A DNA stretch of 64,000 bases from Promethearchaeota archaeon. GTDB taxonomy: Archaea; Asgardarchaeota; Thorarchaeia; Thorarchaeales; Thorarchaeaceae. Both the position numbers and the translations under genes were made by a program. Location: contig WJMJ01000046.1 of NCBI GenBank assembly GCA_014728035.1, forward strand, positions 158,136-222,135, given 5' to 3'. Shown one piece after another: positions 49,808 through 60,427 of the stretch. The notes below the pieces were generated by a model. The model was not told where the DNA came from, searched no databases, and saw only the letters and a program-made list of their open reading frames with translations. Within the stretch, counting starts at the first letter, position 1. Each line of letters starts with the position of its first letter.

Positions 49808-50641
49808 CTATGTATCAATCGGACAAAGAAAGATATCATATACAAAATGTCCGATGTTTGGTGCATATTGTTTAATCTCTCTCACTTCTATATCTGCATT
49901 ATGTGCTTTCTCAAGAGATATTGTATTAATCGTATTACAAATGGAATCTATTTCATGAATCGGGTTTGATTGGTGCATATGAATTATTCCACCTTGTGGC
50001 ACCAGTGAATCGACTGCGACTGGAAGATATGAAATTGTATTATGTAGATATCCCATTACTACCCGATTAAAAGACTTCAATGGTGAAGCAATTCTACAAT
50101 CCCCATTTATTATAGTCATATCATCTTCCAGTTTGTTTAGTTCTGTATTGATTTTTAGAAAATGAAACGCATCTTGATTTAGCTCGATTGCAGTTACATT
50201 TGCCCCTGCTCTTTTGGCAATATGTAATGCAAATTGTCCTACACATGCAAACATATCCAAAACAGTTTCTTCAGATTGTGTGATTGTTCCCATTCGTATT
50301 CTTTCAGTCATATTACCTCCCGAAAATGTTAATCTCAAAGGATCAATTTGGAACTTTACTCCTGCTTCAGTATGTGTAGTAATTGTATTACAACTTCCTG
50401 CAATCACTTTGTATTGCGGTTTTCTCATTTGACCATTTGTTGGTCCAACCTTCATCGCAATAGTCTTCGCTTTTTTTTCAAATGCAAGAATTTCTTCAGC
50501 AATAATTTTAGCATAAGGGGCCACAGAATCATTAAGATGTAGCAGGATGACATGTCCTACCACATGATAACCTGATGGTAGAATTGCTGTGTTTGGAATT
50601 ATCCCTTGCAGTCTTCTTTCAAGATATGTTCTAAGACGCAT
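49808..50641 (-). CDS. Trm5/TYW2-family tRNA SAM-dependent transferase
   Basis: FSGGN..ER, DMFACVGQF, ELN, RVVMG, KQYAP. Confidence 0.85.
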   Translation of the reverse strand: MRLRTYLERRLQGIIPNTAILPSGYHVVGHVILLHLNDSVAPYAKIIAEEILAFEKKAKTIAMKVGPTNGQMRKPQYKVIAGSCNTITTHTEAGVKFQIDPLRLTFSGGNMTERIRMGTITQSEETVLDMFACVGQFALHIAKRAGANVTAIELNQDAFHFLKINTELNKLEDDMTIINGDCRIASPLKSFNRVVMGYLHNTISYLPVAVDSLVPQGGIIHMHQSNPIHEIDSICNTINTISLEKAHNADIEVREIKQYAPNIGHFVYDIFLCPIDT

Positions 50642-50655
50642 TCGATATTATCTCT

Positions 50656-51858
50656 CTAACAGTAAATGTCTGTTGGAGCAATACTTTCCATTTTTTGTCC
50701 TTTGACTTTCTCAATAGCTTTATCGAAATCGTCCTGAATCACACATGTTCTTCCTTCTCTGATTGCGAACATTCCTGCTTCAGTACAGATTGCTTTGATG
50801 TCTGCCCCAGTCCTTCCTTTTGTTGTAATTACTACTCTATCAAGATTAATGCTCTCTGATATATTCATCCCACGAGTATGAATCTTGAATATTTCTCTTC
50901 TACTGTCCTCATCAGGTAGTGGGAATTCAATGAGTCTGTCAAATCTTCCTGGTCGAAGCAGTGCGGGGTCAAGGATATCAGGCCTATTAGTTGCTCCTAT
51001 AACTGCAACTTGTCCTCTCTTTTCAAAACCATCTAGTTCACTTAACAATTGCATTAGGGTTCTCTGTACTTCGCGGTCTCCAGAAGTTGCTATGTCTAGT
51101 CGTTGAGAACCAACAGCATCCAGTTCATCTACAAATATTATTGCTGGAGCTTTTTCTTTTGCCAACATGAAAATCTCGCGTACTAGTCTCGCTCCTTCCC
51201 CAATAAATTTCTGTACCAACTCAGATCCTATTACTCTGATAAATGTGGCATTTGTTTCATGTGCTACAGCTCTTGCACATAGTGTCTTACCTGTTCCAGG
51301 TGGACCTGTCAGTAAAACTCCCCTTGGTGGTTCAATACCCACCTTCTCAAATAAATCTGGTTTCAGTAGTGGAAGTTCAACTGTTTCTCTAATCTCTCTT
51401 AGTTGGTCTCTAAGACCACCAATTTCGGTATATGATACATCTGGTGCTTCTTCAATTTGCATAGCTCTTATCATAGGGTCTTTGGAGGTGGGTAAATCCT
51501 GTGTAATTGCGAAAGATCTTTGATTAAGTGCCACTCTCATTCCTGGTTGAAGTTTTTCTTTTGGTATCGATGATGCTACATGCACAACAAAATTTGGTCC
51601 TGTTGAACTCTTAACAATTGCTCGACCATCTTCTAGTAATTCAATAATTGTTCCTGTAATCAATGGTGAATGTCTAAGCTTTTCAAGTTCAGTTCGCAGA
51701 GTTTGTGTTTCTTTTTCTAATCTGCTACGTTCGGCGTGAAGGATCTGTTTTTCAGTTTCCAATGCACGTAATCTTCTTTCCAAATGGCGTGTATAACTCT
51801 GTGTGTAAGATGCATCATCAACTTCTCCATCCTTCTTTGCATCGGTAGTTCCTGGCAA
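50656..51858 (-). CDS. pan: Proteasome-activating nucleotidase
   Basis: Coiled coil, [35 protein letters not shown] 51858 after a GAGGTG SD preferred over 51942. Confidence 0.95.
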   Translation of the reverse strand: MPGTTDAKKDGEVDDASYTQSYTRHLERRLRALETEKQILHAERSRLEKETQTLRTELEKLRHSPLITGTIIELLEDGRAIVKSSTGPNFVVHVASSIPKEKLQPGMRVALNQRSFAITQDLPTSKDPMIRAMQIEEAPDVSYTEIGGLRDQLREIRETVELPLLKPDLFEKVGIEPPRGVLLTGPPGTGKTLCARAVAHETNATFIRVIGSELVQKFIGEGARLVREIFMLAKEKAPAIIFVDELDAVGSQRLDIATSGDREVQRTLMQLLSELDGFEKRGQVAVIGATNRPDILDPALLRPGRFDRLIEFPLPDEDSRREIFKIHTRGMNISESINLDRVVITTKGRTGADIKAICTEAGMFAIREGRTCVIQDDFDKAIEKVKGQKMESIAPTDIYC

Positions 51859-51989
51859 GCTTTGACACCTCAGAACTCCATCCTCTACTAATGATTTAAG
51901 GATTGCTTTGCTGGCTTGAGTAAGAATATCACCTACAGTCAATAATGTTTATGAATCTTCATTTACACTTCTCAATTGAGGAAGATCCT

Positions 51990-52568
51990 TTGGTAAGCTG
52001 TGAATTATGCGGCAGTAAAATGAAAGGACGTGGACGTGATGTTAAAATAGAGGGTGCTATGATGATTTTATGCCCTCGTTGTGCTTCGAAATTTGATTCC
52101 GGAGATGATACTTCTTCGGATTCGAAGAGCGGTTCAAGACACCATAGACATCAACCTTCTTGGGTTAAGCCAAAACCGAGCAGCTCAACATCATCCCGAA
52201 GACCTAAGAGACCAAAACCAGTGCGAAAAACTCGAAAGCACACTTCGGCACCAGCTACCTTGGAAGATATGGTTTTAGTAGATGATTATGCAAAAATTAT
52301 TCGTGTAGCACGCCAGAAGAAGAAAATTACTCAAGACCTTCTTGCGCAAAGAGTTGGTGAAAGAATTTCAACACTTCAGGCTATAGAAGCAGGAAGATTA
52401 AAACCAACACGTAAAACTATTCGTGGTTTAGAACGTGAGCTTGAAATTTCTTTGCTTGAACCAATAGATACCGTTCCATTGAAAACTTCTACCGGCAAGT
52501 CCGATAAAGGGCCTACATTAGGTGATGTTGTCAAAATTAAGAGAAAGAAGTCCCAAAAGGACCGATAA
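51990..52568 (+). CDS. Multiprotein bridging factor aMBF1
   Basis: CELCG..C..C Zn ribbon, XRE HTH, TLGD motif. Confidence 0.9.
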   Translation: MVSCELCGSKMKGRGRDVKIEGAMMILCPRCASKFDSGDDTSSDSKSGSRHHRHQPSWVKPKPSSSTSSRRPKRPKPVRKTRKHTSAPATLEDMVLVDDYAKIIRVARQKKKITQDLLAQRVGERISTLQAIEAGRLKPTRKTIRGLERELEISLLEPIDTVPLKTSTGKSDKGPTLGDVVKIKRKKSQKDR

Positions 52569-52703
52569 GTCGTCTTAATCAAGTCAGGAAGAACAGCTCT
52601 TAAATAGCATTTAGGACTATATTATAGTGAGTGTAGATTTCAAATCTTCCGAGCTTCAGCGACAACTAAGTTCAGATGACTAGCCAATTACTGCACATTC
52701 TAG

Positions 52704-53243
52704 GTGATAATTTCAATGGCACATTCCAGCTTCAATCATGATTTGTTTAGACTTGTTGTAGAAGAGATTGCAGGGAAGGAAGGTGTTGATGTTGCAACGG
52801 TCCTTGTCAATTCGGATGAAACAACCGATGAAGAAATTGCAACCAAGACAGATTTAAAGCTAAATGTAGTTAGACGAATTCTGTATAAATTACATGACAA
52901 CCATCTTGCATCATATAGAAGAATTCGTGATCCCAATACTGGATGGTTCCTCTACTATTGGAAGATTGACCCAAAAAAGGCTCAAGCTTTAGTTAATCGC
53001 AAGAAACGAATGGTATTAAATCTTCTAGAACAAAGGTTAGAACACGAGTCAAACAATGACCTATATGCATGTGTAAATCGTGACTCTTCACCAGTCCCGT
53101 TCGAAGAAGCTATGAATCTATCTTTTAGATGTCCTGTTTGCAATGGGCAACTGGAATATGTTGATAATAAACGAGCAATATCATTTCTAAGAAAACGTGT
53201 TGAAGAACTTCGAGCTGATTTGGAAGCAACCTCGACCACTTAG
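52704..53243 (+). CDS. tfe: Transcription factor E alpha
   Basis: TDEEIA..LNVVRRILY.L, GWFLYYW, F.CP.C. Confidence 0.93.
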   Translation: MIISMAHSSFNHDLFRLVVEEIAGKEGVDVATVLVNSDETTDEEIATKTDLKLNVVRRILYKLHDNHLASYRRIRDPNTGWFLYYWKIDPKKAQALVNRKKRMVLNLLEQRLEHESNNDLYACVNRDSSPVPFEEAMNLSFRCPVCNGQLEYVDNKRAISFLRKRVEELRADLEATSTT

Positions 53244-53305
53244 AATATAATGTATACTTCAAAAGGTACTTAGCCAGTAATCTCTCTGCGATATCGAGGA
53301 ATTCA

Positions 53306-54079
53306 TTGTTGACACAGATTGTTCTGCTTGCGCGGGCTTATGGTGCCTATCGTGGTCGTATTCTTGAAACGGTTAGGTCTAGTGTAAATTCATTAGCGAG
53401 TGAGCTCGATGTAGAACTATTGAAAATTGGCACGAATAGAAAAGATCACATTGTTCTCTCTCTTGTAGGAGAAGATGAAGAGTTCCTGACTAATCTCTTG
53501 GGCCAAGAGTACGGTCTAGTTCCCGAGGTGCAAATTTTGCTTCCTGAAACAGACTATTCCGGATCAATTGTTGACTCTGGAAAAGTTGGCTACGGGTTAT
53601 ATGTAGATCTTGGAATTGTTGAACGTAATTTGGATGCTTTAATCCCTCTTCATATTATTAGAAAGCAATTCGAAATGGAAGATGAGTCTCTTAGGAGAAT
53701 TGCCGATACTTTTGTGTTGGTTGATAATTTACCAGTAGATGTATCTATTGAAAGTGTAAAACGCGACGAGAAGAAAATTGAAGCTCGGTTTGCATCTTCG
53801 TTTATTACTCGTATCCATAATTGGAGAACAGATGAACGTGAACGGCTTCTTGTTCTTGGTTCAACAAAAAAGATGATAGAAATTGCGTTGTCCAAATCAA
53901 ATCATTCTGAGGATATAGTGGTAATAGAAAAACTTGGCCATTTTGAGTATTCTCTTGTATGTAAAAGAAGCACTCGGGCCAGTGGCATCCTTAGTGCTAT
54001 TGGTCCACTGTTACGTGGAGTTCCTATGCATCTATTCATCCCTTCTGAAGTTGAGGAGAAATTCAGTGCCTCGACTTGA
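53306..54079 (+). CDS. DUF2110 family protein
   Basis: GKVGYGLYVD OB motif; usual neighbour of tfe. Confidence 0.8.
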   Translation: MLTQIVLLARAYGAYRGRILETVRSSVNSLASELDVELLKIGTNRKDHIVLSLVGEDEEFLTNLLGQEYGLVPEVQILLPETDYSGSIVDSGKVGYGLYVDLGIVERNLDALIPLHIIRKQFEMEDESLRRIADTFVLVDNLPVDVSIESVKRDEKKIEARFASSFITRIHNWRTDERERLLVLGSTKKMIEIALSKSNHSEDIVVIEKLGHFEYSLVCKRSTRASGILSAIGPLLRGVPMHLFIPSEVEEKFSAST

Positions 54080-54743
54080 TGTCCATCTAGTTGAAACTGA
54101 TAGCTTTCCCTCACGGGAAGCTGCAAAAAGAGCAATCAAATCAGGTCATGTACTTGTTAACGGATATCTTTCAAAGCCCTCCAAATCCGTTTCTCCTTAT
54201 GATGTAATTACTGTTATTGACAGAACATTCGCCAACCCTATGGGGTATTCCAAATTAAAGAAATTAGATTCGATAATCTCATCTTCACTTGTTTCAGAAG
54301 GTGACCTTGTTCTCGATATTGGTAGTTCGGCCGGTGGATTTGCTCTTTATCTTCTTGAGCACGGTGCTACCCTCATAGGAATCGAGTATTCCAAAGAATT
54401 TGAATCTAGTTTATTAAAAATTGCTAACCAATATGAATCTTCAAGTTTTTTGTTTGCTGATGCTTTTTCACTTGACCCGCGAATTGTATGCGAACCAGAA
54501 AAATTGGATTTGCTAACTGTAGATGTGACTACTGACCCTGAAGGAACATTGTTGCTTATTCAGCGCTATTCAATTTTATTGAAGTCCGGTGCTCGCCTAA
54601 TTGCTACTTTCAAATCAAAAGATGCTGAGATTGTTGAGAAATACATAATTGAAACCATTGAATCCTTTGGTTATATTGAAACAATCTTACACAATATCAA
54701 TACAAATCAGCAAGAATTTCATGTGGAAGCAATTCGTCACTGA
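54066..54743 (+). CDS. S4-domain FtsJ/TlyA-like RNA methyltransferase
   Basis: RLDVHLV..SRE.AK.AI..G.V.VNG S4 domain, LDIGSSAGGF. GTG start at 54066. Confidence 0.82.
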   Translation: MPRLDVHLVETDSFPSREAAKRAIKSGHVLVNGYLSKPSKSVSPYDVITVIDRTFANPMGYSKLKKLDSIISSSLVSEGDLVLDIGSSAGGFALYLLEHGATLIGIEYSKEFESSLLKIANQYESSSFLFADAFSLDPRIVCEPEKLDLLTVDVTTDPEGTLLLIQRYSILLKSGARLIATFKSKDAEIVEKYIIETIESFGYIETILHNINTNQQEFHVEAIRH

Positions 54744-54779
54744 GCAACTCTTTTATTGAGATTATACAACAAAAAATTA

Positions 54780-54857
54780 GGGCCGATAGTCTAGCTCGGC
54801 TATGATGTCTCGTTTACACCGAGAAGGTCGCTGGTTCAAATCCGGCTCGGCCCACCA
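54780..54857 (+). tRNA. tRNA-Val(TAC)
   Basis: Cloverleaf, TCTCG-TTTACAC-CGAGA, ends ACCA. Confidence 0.95.
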
Positions 54858-54940
54858 CTCTCTATTGCAAGTAAAGAGTCAAAAATGATTTATGACTTCA
54901 ATAGAATGTAACTACACCAGTTATTTTGGTCCTCAAAAAA

Positions 54941-55057
54941 GCGGGAGTAGCCAAGACAGGCCAAAGGCGGCGGACTTAAGATCTTATGAATTAAGGGGTC
55001 ATCTGATGAGAGATCCGCTCTCATAGGAGTCCAGGGGATCGAAGCCCCTCTCCCGCA
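54941..55057 (+). tRNA. tRNA-Leu(TAA) with 32-nt intron at 37/38 (54981-55012)
   Basis: GCGGGAG/CTCCCGC acceptor stem, long variable arm, CTTA/TGAG BHB helix. Confidence 0.9.
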
Positions 55058-55111
55058 CTTTTTCATATCATTCAGAGATATCCTTATCGGTAGTATACAC
55101 AATCAAAATTT

Positions 55112-56431
55112 GTGGATAATATGGAATATATTGATCTTTTCTTTCCTGAAGGATTTCTGTGGGGTAGTGCTGCTGCTGCTCATCAAACTGAAGGTGGGAA
55201 TCATAACAATTGGAGCGAATGGGAGAAAATCCCTGGAAAAATAAAGGATGGTACGAATGCTGATGTTGCATGTGATCATTATAATCGTTATGAGGAGGAT
55301 TTTGACCTTGCTAAAGAATTAGGTCATCAAGTCCATCGGTTCTCAATTGAATGGAGTCGTATTGAACCATCTTTTGGAAAATGGGATTATACACAAATTG
55401 TTCACTACAAAAAAGTAATCGAATCACTTGTGAAACGTGGCATTCAGCCAATGGTCACACTCCATCATTTCACAAATCCAGTTTGGTTTGCTGAAAATGG
55501 GGATTGGTTGAATCCTGAGAGTCCTGAGTTATTTGGCCGATATTGTAGAAAAATTGTCCAGGAGCTTTCAAATTACGATGTAATTTGGAATACAATAAAT
55601 GAACCGATGGTTGTTGTTACTATTGGTTATCTTTGGGGTGATTTCCCTCCTGGTCACAATGATTTTGGAAAAGCTATCCAAGCGGCAAAACATCTTTTGA
55701 TGGCACATGGACAAGCATCAACTCAGATTAGAGAGGTCTATTCAGAAAAAGGGTTAGACCAACCAAAGATTGCTCCTGTACTAAGCACATCTTACATAAT
55801 GCCTGAGAACCCAGAAGACCCAGAAGACTTGGAATTAGCTGAATACATTGACAACCTGTACAATCACCTATGGATTGAATCAGCTATAACTGGGCGGATT
55901 CTGAATCCAATGGGTGATGGACAACGTTATGCCCCTCTTGAGAATTCAGTTGATTTCATTGGAGTTAACTACTATAGTCGAATGGTTGTATCCTCCAAAA
56001 GAGATTTCATGGCTGGCGAAATAGCTCCAAAAGATCCATACCGTGTTCGATGTGAGGGTCTTGAATGGGAATTTTATCCAGAAGGATATTATCATCAGAT
56101 TATGGACTATTGGAAGAAATATCAAAAACCAATATTTCTTACAGAGAATGGTATTGGCACAAGCGATGACCGTATTCGTCAGAGATACATTATCTCCCAT
56201 CTACAGCAGGTCCATAAAGCAATTCAAGATGGTGCCAAAGTTGATGGGTATCTTGTTTGGAGTCTTACTGATAATTTTGAATGGGCTCAAGGATTCAGTA
56301 GCCATTTTGGTATAATTGAGTGTGACTTTGATACGTTGAAACGTAAACCACGTGAAAGTGCATTCATGTTGCGAAAAATTATCAAAGATAATGGACTTGT
56401 AAAAGAAACGCAAGAAACGTATCTTGCTTAA
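55112..56431 (+). CDS. Glycoside hydrolase family 1 (beta-glucosidase-like)
   Basis: FLWG.A.AAHQ.EG, RFSIEWSR, TINEP, LTENG, DNFEW. Confidence 0.95.
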   Translation: MDNMEYIDLFFPEGFLWGSAAAAHQTEGGNHNNWSEWEKIPGKIKDGTNADVACDHYNRYEEDFDLAKELGHQVHRFSIEWSRIEPSFGKWDYTQIVHYKKVIESLVKRGIQPMVTLHHFTNPVWFAENGDWLNPESPELFGRYCRKIVQELSNYDVIWNTINEPMVVVTIGYLWGDFPPGHNDFGKAIQAAKHLLMAHGQASTQIREVYSEKGLDQPKIAPVLSTSYIMPENPEDPEDLELAEYIDNLYNHLWIESAITGRILNPMGDGQRYAPLENSVDFIGVNYYSRMVVSSKRDFMAGEIAPKDPYRVRCEGLEWEFYPEGYYHQIMDYWKKYQKPIFLTENGIGTSDDRIRQRYIISHLQQVHKAIQDGAKVDGYLVWSLTDNFEWAQGFSSHFGIIECDFDTLKRKPRESAFMLRKIIKDNGLVKETQETYLA

Positions 56432-56481
56432 GTTTTGCATTTAGAATTAACTTCATTTGCTTGTAAAGGTGTGATCATGTC

Positions 56482-57045
56482 ATGCCTGCACAAGTATTTC
56501 TTGCATCGCTTATTATTGTCTTTTTAACAGAGCTTGGTGATAAAACGATGATTGCAACAATATTGCTTAGTGCAGAACACAGACAACCTTCACTTGTGTT
56601 AATTGCTTCTTTAGCTGCATTGGCTACATCTACTTTTATTGCTATAATCATTGGCGTTGTATTATCTTCAGCATTACCATTAGATTTAATCATCTACCTT
56701 TCAGGAGTGATTTTCATCGTATTAGGTCTATATACTCTTTTTAAAAAAGAGGAATCTGAAGAAACCACTGAAAACACTCAAATCACATTTTTGAGTATGT
56801 TTTCTTTGGTACTTGTTTCAGAACTTGGTGATAAGAGCCAGCTTGCAATATTAGCTATTGCAGCTCAGTCTCTATTTCCAGCTTTCGTCTTTATTGGTGC
56901 AGTCACTGGCTTCCTATTGTTGAATTCGATTGGTGCATTCTCGGGTGATAAGATTGGGGAAAACCTTCCAATGAATGCCATTCGGGCTTTCACAGGAATT
57001 GTTTTCATTATTATTGGCACACTCGTTCTCTTTAGAATGATGTGA
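56482..57045 (+). CDS. TMEM165/GDT1 (UPF0016) Ca/Mn transporter
   Basis: Two ELGDK(T/S) motifs. Confidence 0.92.
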   Translation: MPAQVFLASLIIVFLTELGDKTMIATILLSAEHRQPSLVLIASLAALATSTFIAIIIGVVLSSALPLDLIIYLSGVIFIVLGLYTLFKKEESEETTENTQITFLSMFSLVLVSELGDKSQLAILAIAAQSLFPAFVFIGAVTGFLLLNSIGAFSGDKIGENLPMNAIRAFTGIVFIIIGTLVLFRMM

Positions 57046-57084
57046 TGTTGCGACAAATTTATGACCTGTGAGTAAGAGTTTCGC

Positions 57085-58461
57085 TTGACTGAAGGTGTAG
57101 AAACGTTGGTCCTAGAAGATTCCGGATATATTGGATTGGTTCTCGAGAAACTTGTCAGTGCGGATCTCAAAGTTGGTGACACTTTAACTATAATCGGTTC
57201 TGATCAGGAATATACTGGCATTCTTATGCCCAGAGCATCGGTAGGAGCAAACTCCGACCATATTGTTCTAAAACTTGAAAATGGATACAACATTGGAGTT
57301 CGCTTGAGTGCAAAGGCCAAAGTCAAAAAAACGAAATCTAGGATTGTAAAAAAAGCTAAATCCAGCTCAAAACTGGATTTTAAATCTCATCTTCCAACCG
57401 TTTCGATTCTCAGCACTGGTGGCACTATTGCCAGCAAAGTTGACTATCAAACGGGTGCGGTCAATCCTGCCTTAACCGCTCAAGATTTGTATGACACAAT
57501 TCCCGAACTTCAAAAACATGTCAACATTCGTGCTGAAATTGTAATGAGCAAGCTGTCAGAGAATATTTCTCCATCTGATTGGACAATAATAGCAAAGAAA
57601 GCTGCCAGTCATATTCGTGATGGGATTGATGGTCTAGTAATTGCTCATGGTACTGATACTTTGAGTTATACTGGTGCTGCTCTTTCTTTCGCATTACAAA
57701 ATCTGCCCGTTCCAATCGCATTAGTCGGTTCTCAACGTTCTTCGGATAGGCCATCTTCGGATGCTTCACTGAATCTAATTCATGCAACTGATTTTGTTTC
57801 CCGTGGAAATATTGCTGAAGTCTCTATTGTGATGCATGGTGAAACTAGTGATAGTTTTACATATGCACATCGTGCTGTCAGAACGCGAAAATGTCATACT
57901 AGTAGACGAGATGCATTTCAATCAATTAACTCAACACCTCTATTTCGAATTGATAACTCAGGTATTACAGAGCTTGTTACTCCTATCTGCAGACGTGACT
58001 CCAGTAGAAAGATATCCGTGAAACCAAAATTTGAGAAAAAAGTGGCTCTTATCAAGATTCATCCTGGTACATCTCCCAACTTAATTGATTTTCTGACCTC
58101 ATCCGGTTTTCGTGGTATTGTTCTAGAAGGTACAGGGTTAGGGCATTCATCAAAGAACCTGCAAGAAGCTATCTCATCCGCAATTGAATCCGATATACTT
58201 GTTGCAATGACTAGTCAATGTATTAATGGACGTATTAACATGAATGTCTATCGTTCTGGTGTTGAATTGTTAGAATGTGGTGTGATTCCTTGTGAAGATA
58301 TGATTGCTGAAACTGCACTTGTAAAGATGATGTGGATACTTGGCAATACGCAGAGTATCAAAAAGGCTCGAAAACAGATGGTTACCAACCTTGTTGGAGA
58401 AATAGGTATGCGTTCAGAATACGAAGAATATCATTATGATGTTGAAGGAGATGCTGATTAA
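57085..58461 (+). CDS. gatD: Glu-tRNA(Gln) amidotransferase subunit D
   Basis: KLENGYNIG, TGGTIAS.VDY.TG, HGTDT, SQRSSDRPSSD. Confidence 0.96.
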   Translation: MTEGVETLVLEDSGYIGLVLEKLVSADLKVGDTLTIIGSDQEYTGILMPRASVGANSDHIVLKLENGYNIGVRLSAKAKVKKTKSRIVKKAKSSSKLDFKSHLPTVSILSTGGTIASKVDYQTGAVNPALTAQDLYDTIPELQKHVNIRAEIVMSKLSENISPSDWTIIAKKAASHIRDGIDGLVIAHGTDTLSYTGAALSFALQNLPVPIALVGSQRSSDRPSSDASLNLIHATDFVSRGNIAEVSIVMHGETSDSFTYAHRAVRTRKCHTSRRDAFQSINSTPLFRIDNSGITELVTPICRRDSSRKISVKPKFEKKVALIKIHPGTSPNLIDFLTSSGFRGIVLEGTGLGHSSKNLQEAISSAIESDILVAMTSQCINGRINMNVYRSGVELLECGVIPCEDMIAETALVKMMWILGNTQSIKKARKQMVTNLVGEIGMRSEYEEYHYDVEGDAD

Positions 58462-60371
58462 TGGATACGCAATATGAAGAACTTGGGCTTATGGTTGGTC
58501 TCGAATTACATCAGCAACTTGATACCTTCAGAAAACTCTATTGTCATTGTCCTACTTCAATCCGAGAAGACTCACCTCATGGTGTTTTCGAACGACGCCT
58601 TCGCCCCACTCAAAGCGAAATGGGTGCAATAGATCCTGCAGCGCTATTTGAGTTTCAAAGAAAAAAGGTATTTTGCTATGAGTATTATAATGACTCAACA
58701 TGTCTTGTTGAAGCAGATGAAGAACCTCCTCACAATCTATGTCAGGAAGCAATTGATATCTGTCTAACAATGGCAACATTTCTAAAATCAAAACCGGTTG
58801 AAGAGATACACCCTATGCGAAAGATTGTGATTGATGGTAGCAACACTACTGGTTTCCAACGAACTGCAATTATTGCTATGAATGGATCTATTGTCGTTGA
58901 TGAGAAGGAAATTAGAATCCAAACACTTTGTTTAGAAGAGGATGCTGCTAGAAAAATCAGGGATGATGAAAGAAACAATCGAAGGATTTATCGACTTGAT
59001 CGACTTGGAATTCCTTTAATCGAAATTGCAACCGCACCGGATATTCGTTCTCCCGATGAGGCACAAGAAGTTGCATTAGCACTCGGACTTCTCCTACGTT
59101 CTACTGGAAAGGTCAAACGTGGACTTGGCACTATTCGACAAGATGTCAATGTTTCTATTCGTGGTGGTGGAATTATCGAGATAAAGGGCCTTCAACAGCT
59201 GAATATGTTATCTCTTGTCGTTGAATTGGAGGCTCAAAGACAGGAGCAACTTCTTAAAATCAAGGATGAACTTGAAGCTAGGGGTATCACCGAGAAAATG
59301 GTTGATTTCACACCAATTAATGTGTCTGAAGTCTTTTCAAAGAGTGAATCAAAGCTAATTTCAAATACGATCAAATCTGGTGGCACTGTCTATGCTGTAT
59401 GTTTACCTGGCTTTGATAGTCTTTTAGGTATTGAATTACAACCTGAACGTCGTTTTGGCACAGAACTATCTGACTATGCTAAATTCTGGGGTGGTGTTGG
59501 TGGGATTTTCCATACCGATGAGCTCCCTAAATATGGGATTTCTAGTTCTGAAGTAGAAGAACTTAGAAAGCAGGTAGATGCTCATCCTTCTGATGCTGTT
59601 GTTATTGTTGCATCATCTGAGAAGAATTGCATTGATGCTCTTGATGCTGTTGTGAAACGAGCCAAGGCTGCGGTTAAAGGTGTTCCTGCTGAAACACGGA
59701 TTCCTCTTCCATCTGGAGCATCAAAATACGCTCGTCCTCGTCCAGGTGCAGAACGTATGTATCCTGAAACTGATGTACGTCCTGTTATTGTAACTCCCAA
59801 GCTTTTGAAACAGATTGAGAAGAATCTTCCTGAAACTCTTGAAGAAAAGAAAAATCGATTTGTAGAGGAGTATAACTTGAGTCTTGAATTGGCTGAACAG
59901 ATAACAAGATCATTGAACTTGTCACTCTTTGAAGATATTGTTTCCACTTATGATATCGATCCGACTTTAGTGGTCGTAACACTTGAAAATACTATGGTTA
60001 GCTTGATTCGTGATGGCATTCCTGTAGAATCAGTAAAAGAAAACGATATACTTGAAATTTTCAAATTGATTCAAGAAGAACAGATATCTTCAGAAGCCAT
60101 CCCACAACTCATATCCTACTTGGCAGAGCATCCTAACTCTGATGTTTCAGAAGCTTTAGATGAAACTGGACTTTCAAAGGTAGATGAAGAGAATCTTGAA
60201 GATATTATACAAGATATTGTAACCACTCGTATTGATTTTGTAAAAGAGAAGGGTGAACAATCAATAGGTGGTCTCATGGGTGTTGCTATGAAAAGACTTC
60301 GTGGAAAAGCTGATGGTAAAAAGGTCAGAGATATGCTGCAATCTGAGATAAGACGAATTCTCGCTGAATAA
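58461..60371 (+). CDS. gatE: Glu-tRNA(Gln) amidotransferase subunit E
   Basis: GLELHQQL, DGSNTTGFQRT, LEED, RMYPETD. Confidence 0.96.
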   Translation: MDTQYEELGLMVGLELHQQLDTFRKLYCHCPTSIREDSPHGVFERRLRPTQSEMGAIDPAALFEFQRKKVFCYEYYNDSTCLVEADEEPPHNLCQEAIDICLTMATFLKSKPVEEIHPMRKIVIDGSNTTGFQRTAIIAMNGSIVVDEKEIRIQTLCLEEDAARKIRDDERNNRRIYRLDRLGIPLIEIATAPDIRSPDEAQEVALALGLLLRSTGKVKRGLGTIRQDVNVSIRGGGIIEIKGLQQLNMLSLVVELEAQRQEQLLKIKDELEARGITEKMVDFTPINVSEVFSKSESKLISNTIKSGGTVYAVCLPGFDSLLGIELQPERRFGTELSDYAKFWGGVGGIFHTDELPKYGISSSEVEELRKQVDAHPSDAVVIVASSEKNCIDALDAVVKRAKAAVKGVPAETRIPLPSGASKYARPRPGAERMYPETDVRPVIVTPKLLKQIEKNLPETLEEKKNRFVEEYNLSLELAEQITRSLNLSLFEDIVSTYDIDPTLVVVTLENTMVSLIRDGIPVESVKENDILEIFKLIQEEQISSEAIPQLISYLAEHPNSDVSEALDETGLSKVDEENLEDIIQDIVTTRIDFVKEKGEQSIGGLMGVAMKRLRGKADGKKVRDMLQSEIRRILAE

Positions 60372-60427
60372 CCAATGAGCGAAGAATAACCTTATTAGAA
60401 GATTCCAATCTGCAAACAGATACCTGT

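Larger units (their letters stand above)
39858..50392. repeat. Dispersed TGTA(A/T)TACA palindrome field (at least 12 exact copies)
   Basis: Copies at 39858, 40391, 42785, 43527, 43883, 44606, 45193, 46662, 46862, 48176, 49343, 50384; mostly intergenic. Confidence 0.8.

Noticed and set aside
54890-55102. 70-aa ORF
   Set aside because: Antisense shadow of tRNA-Leu.
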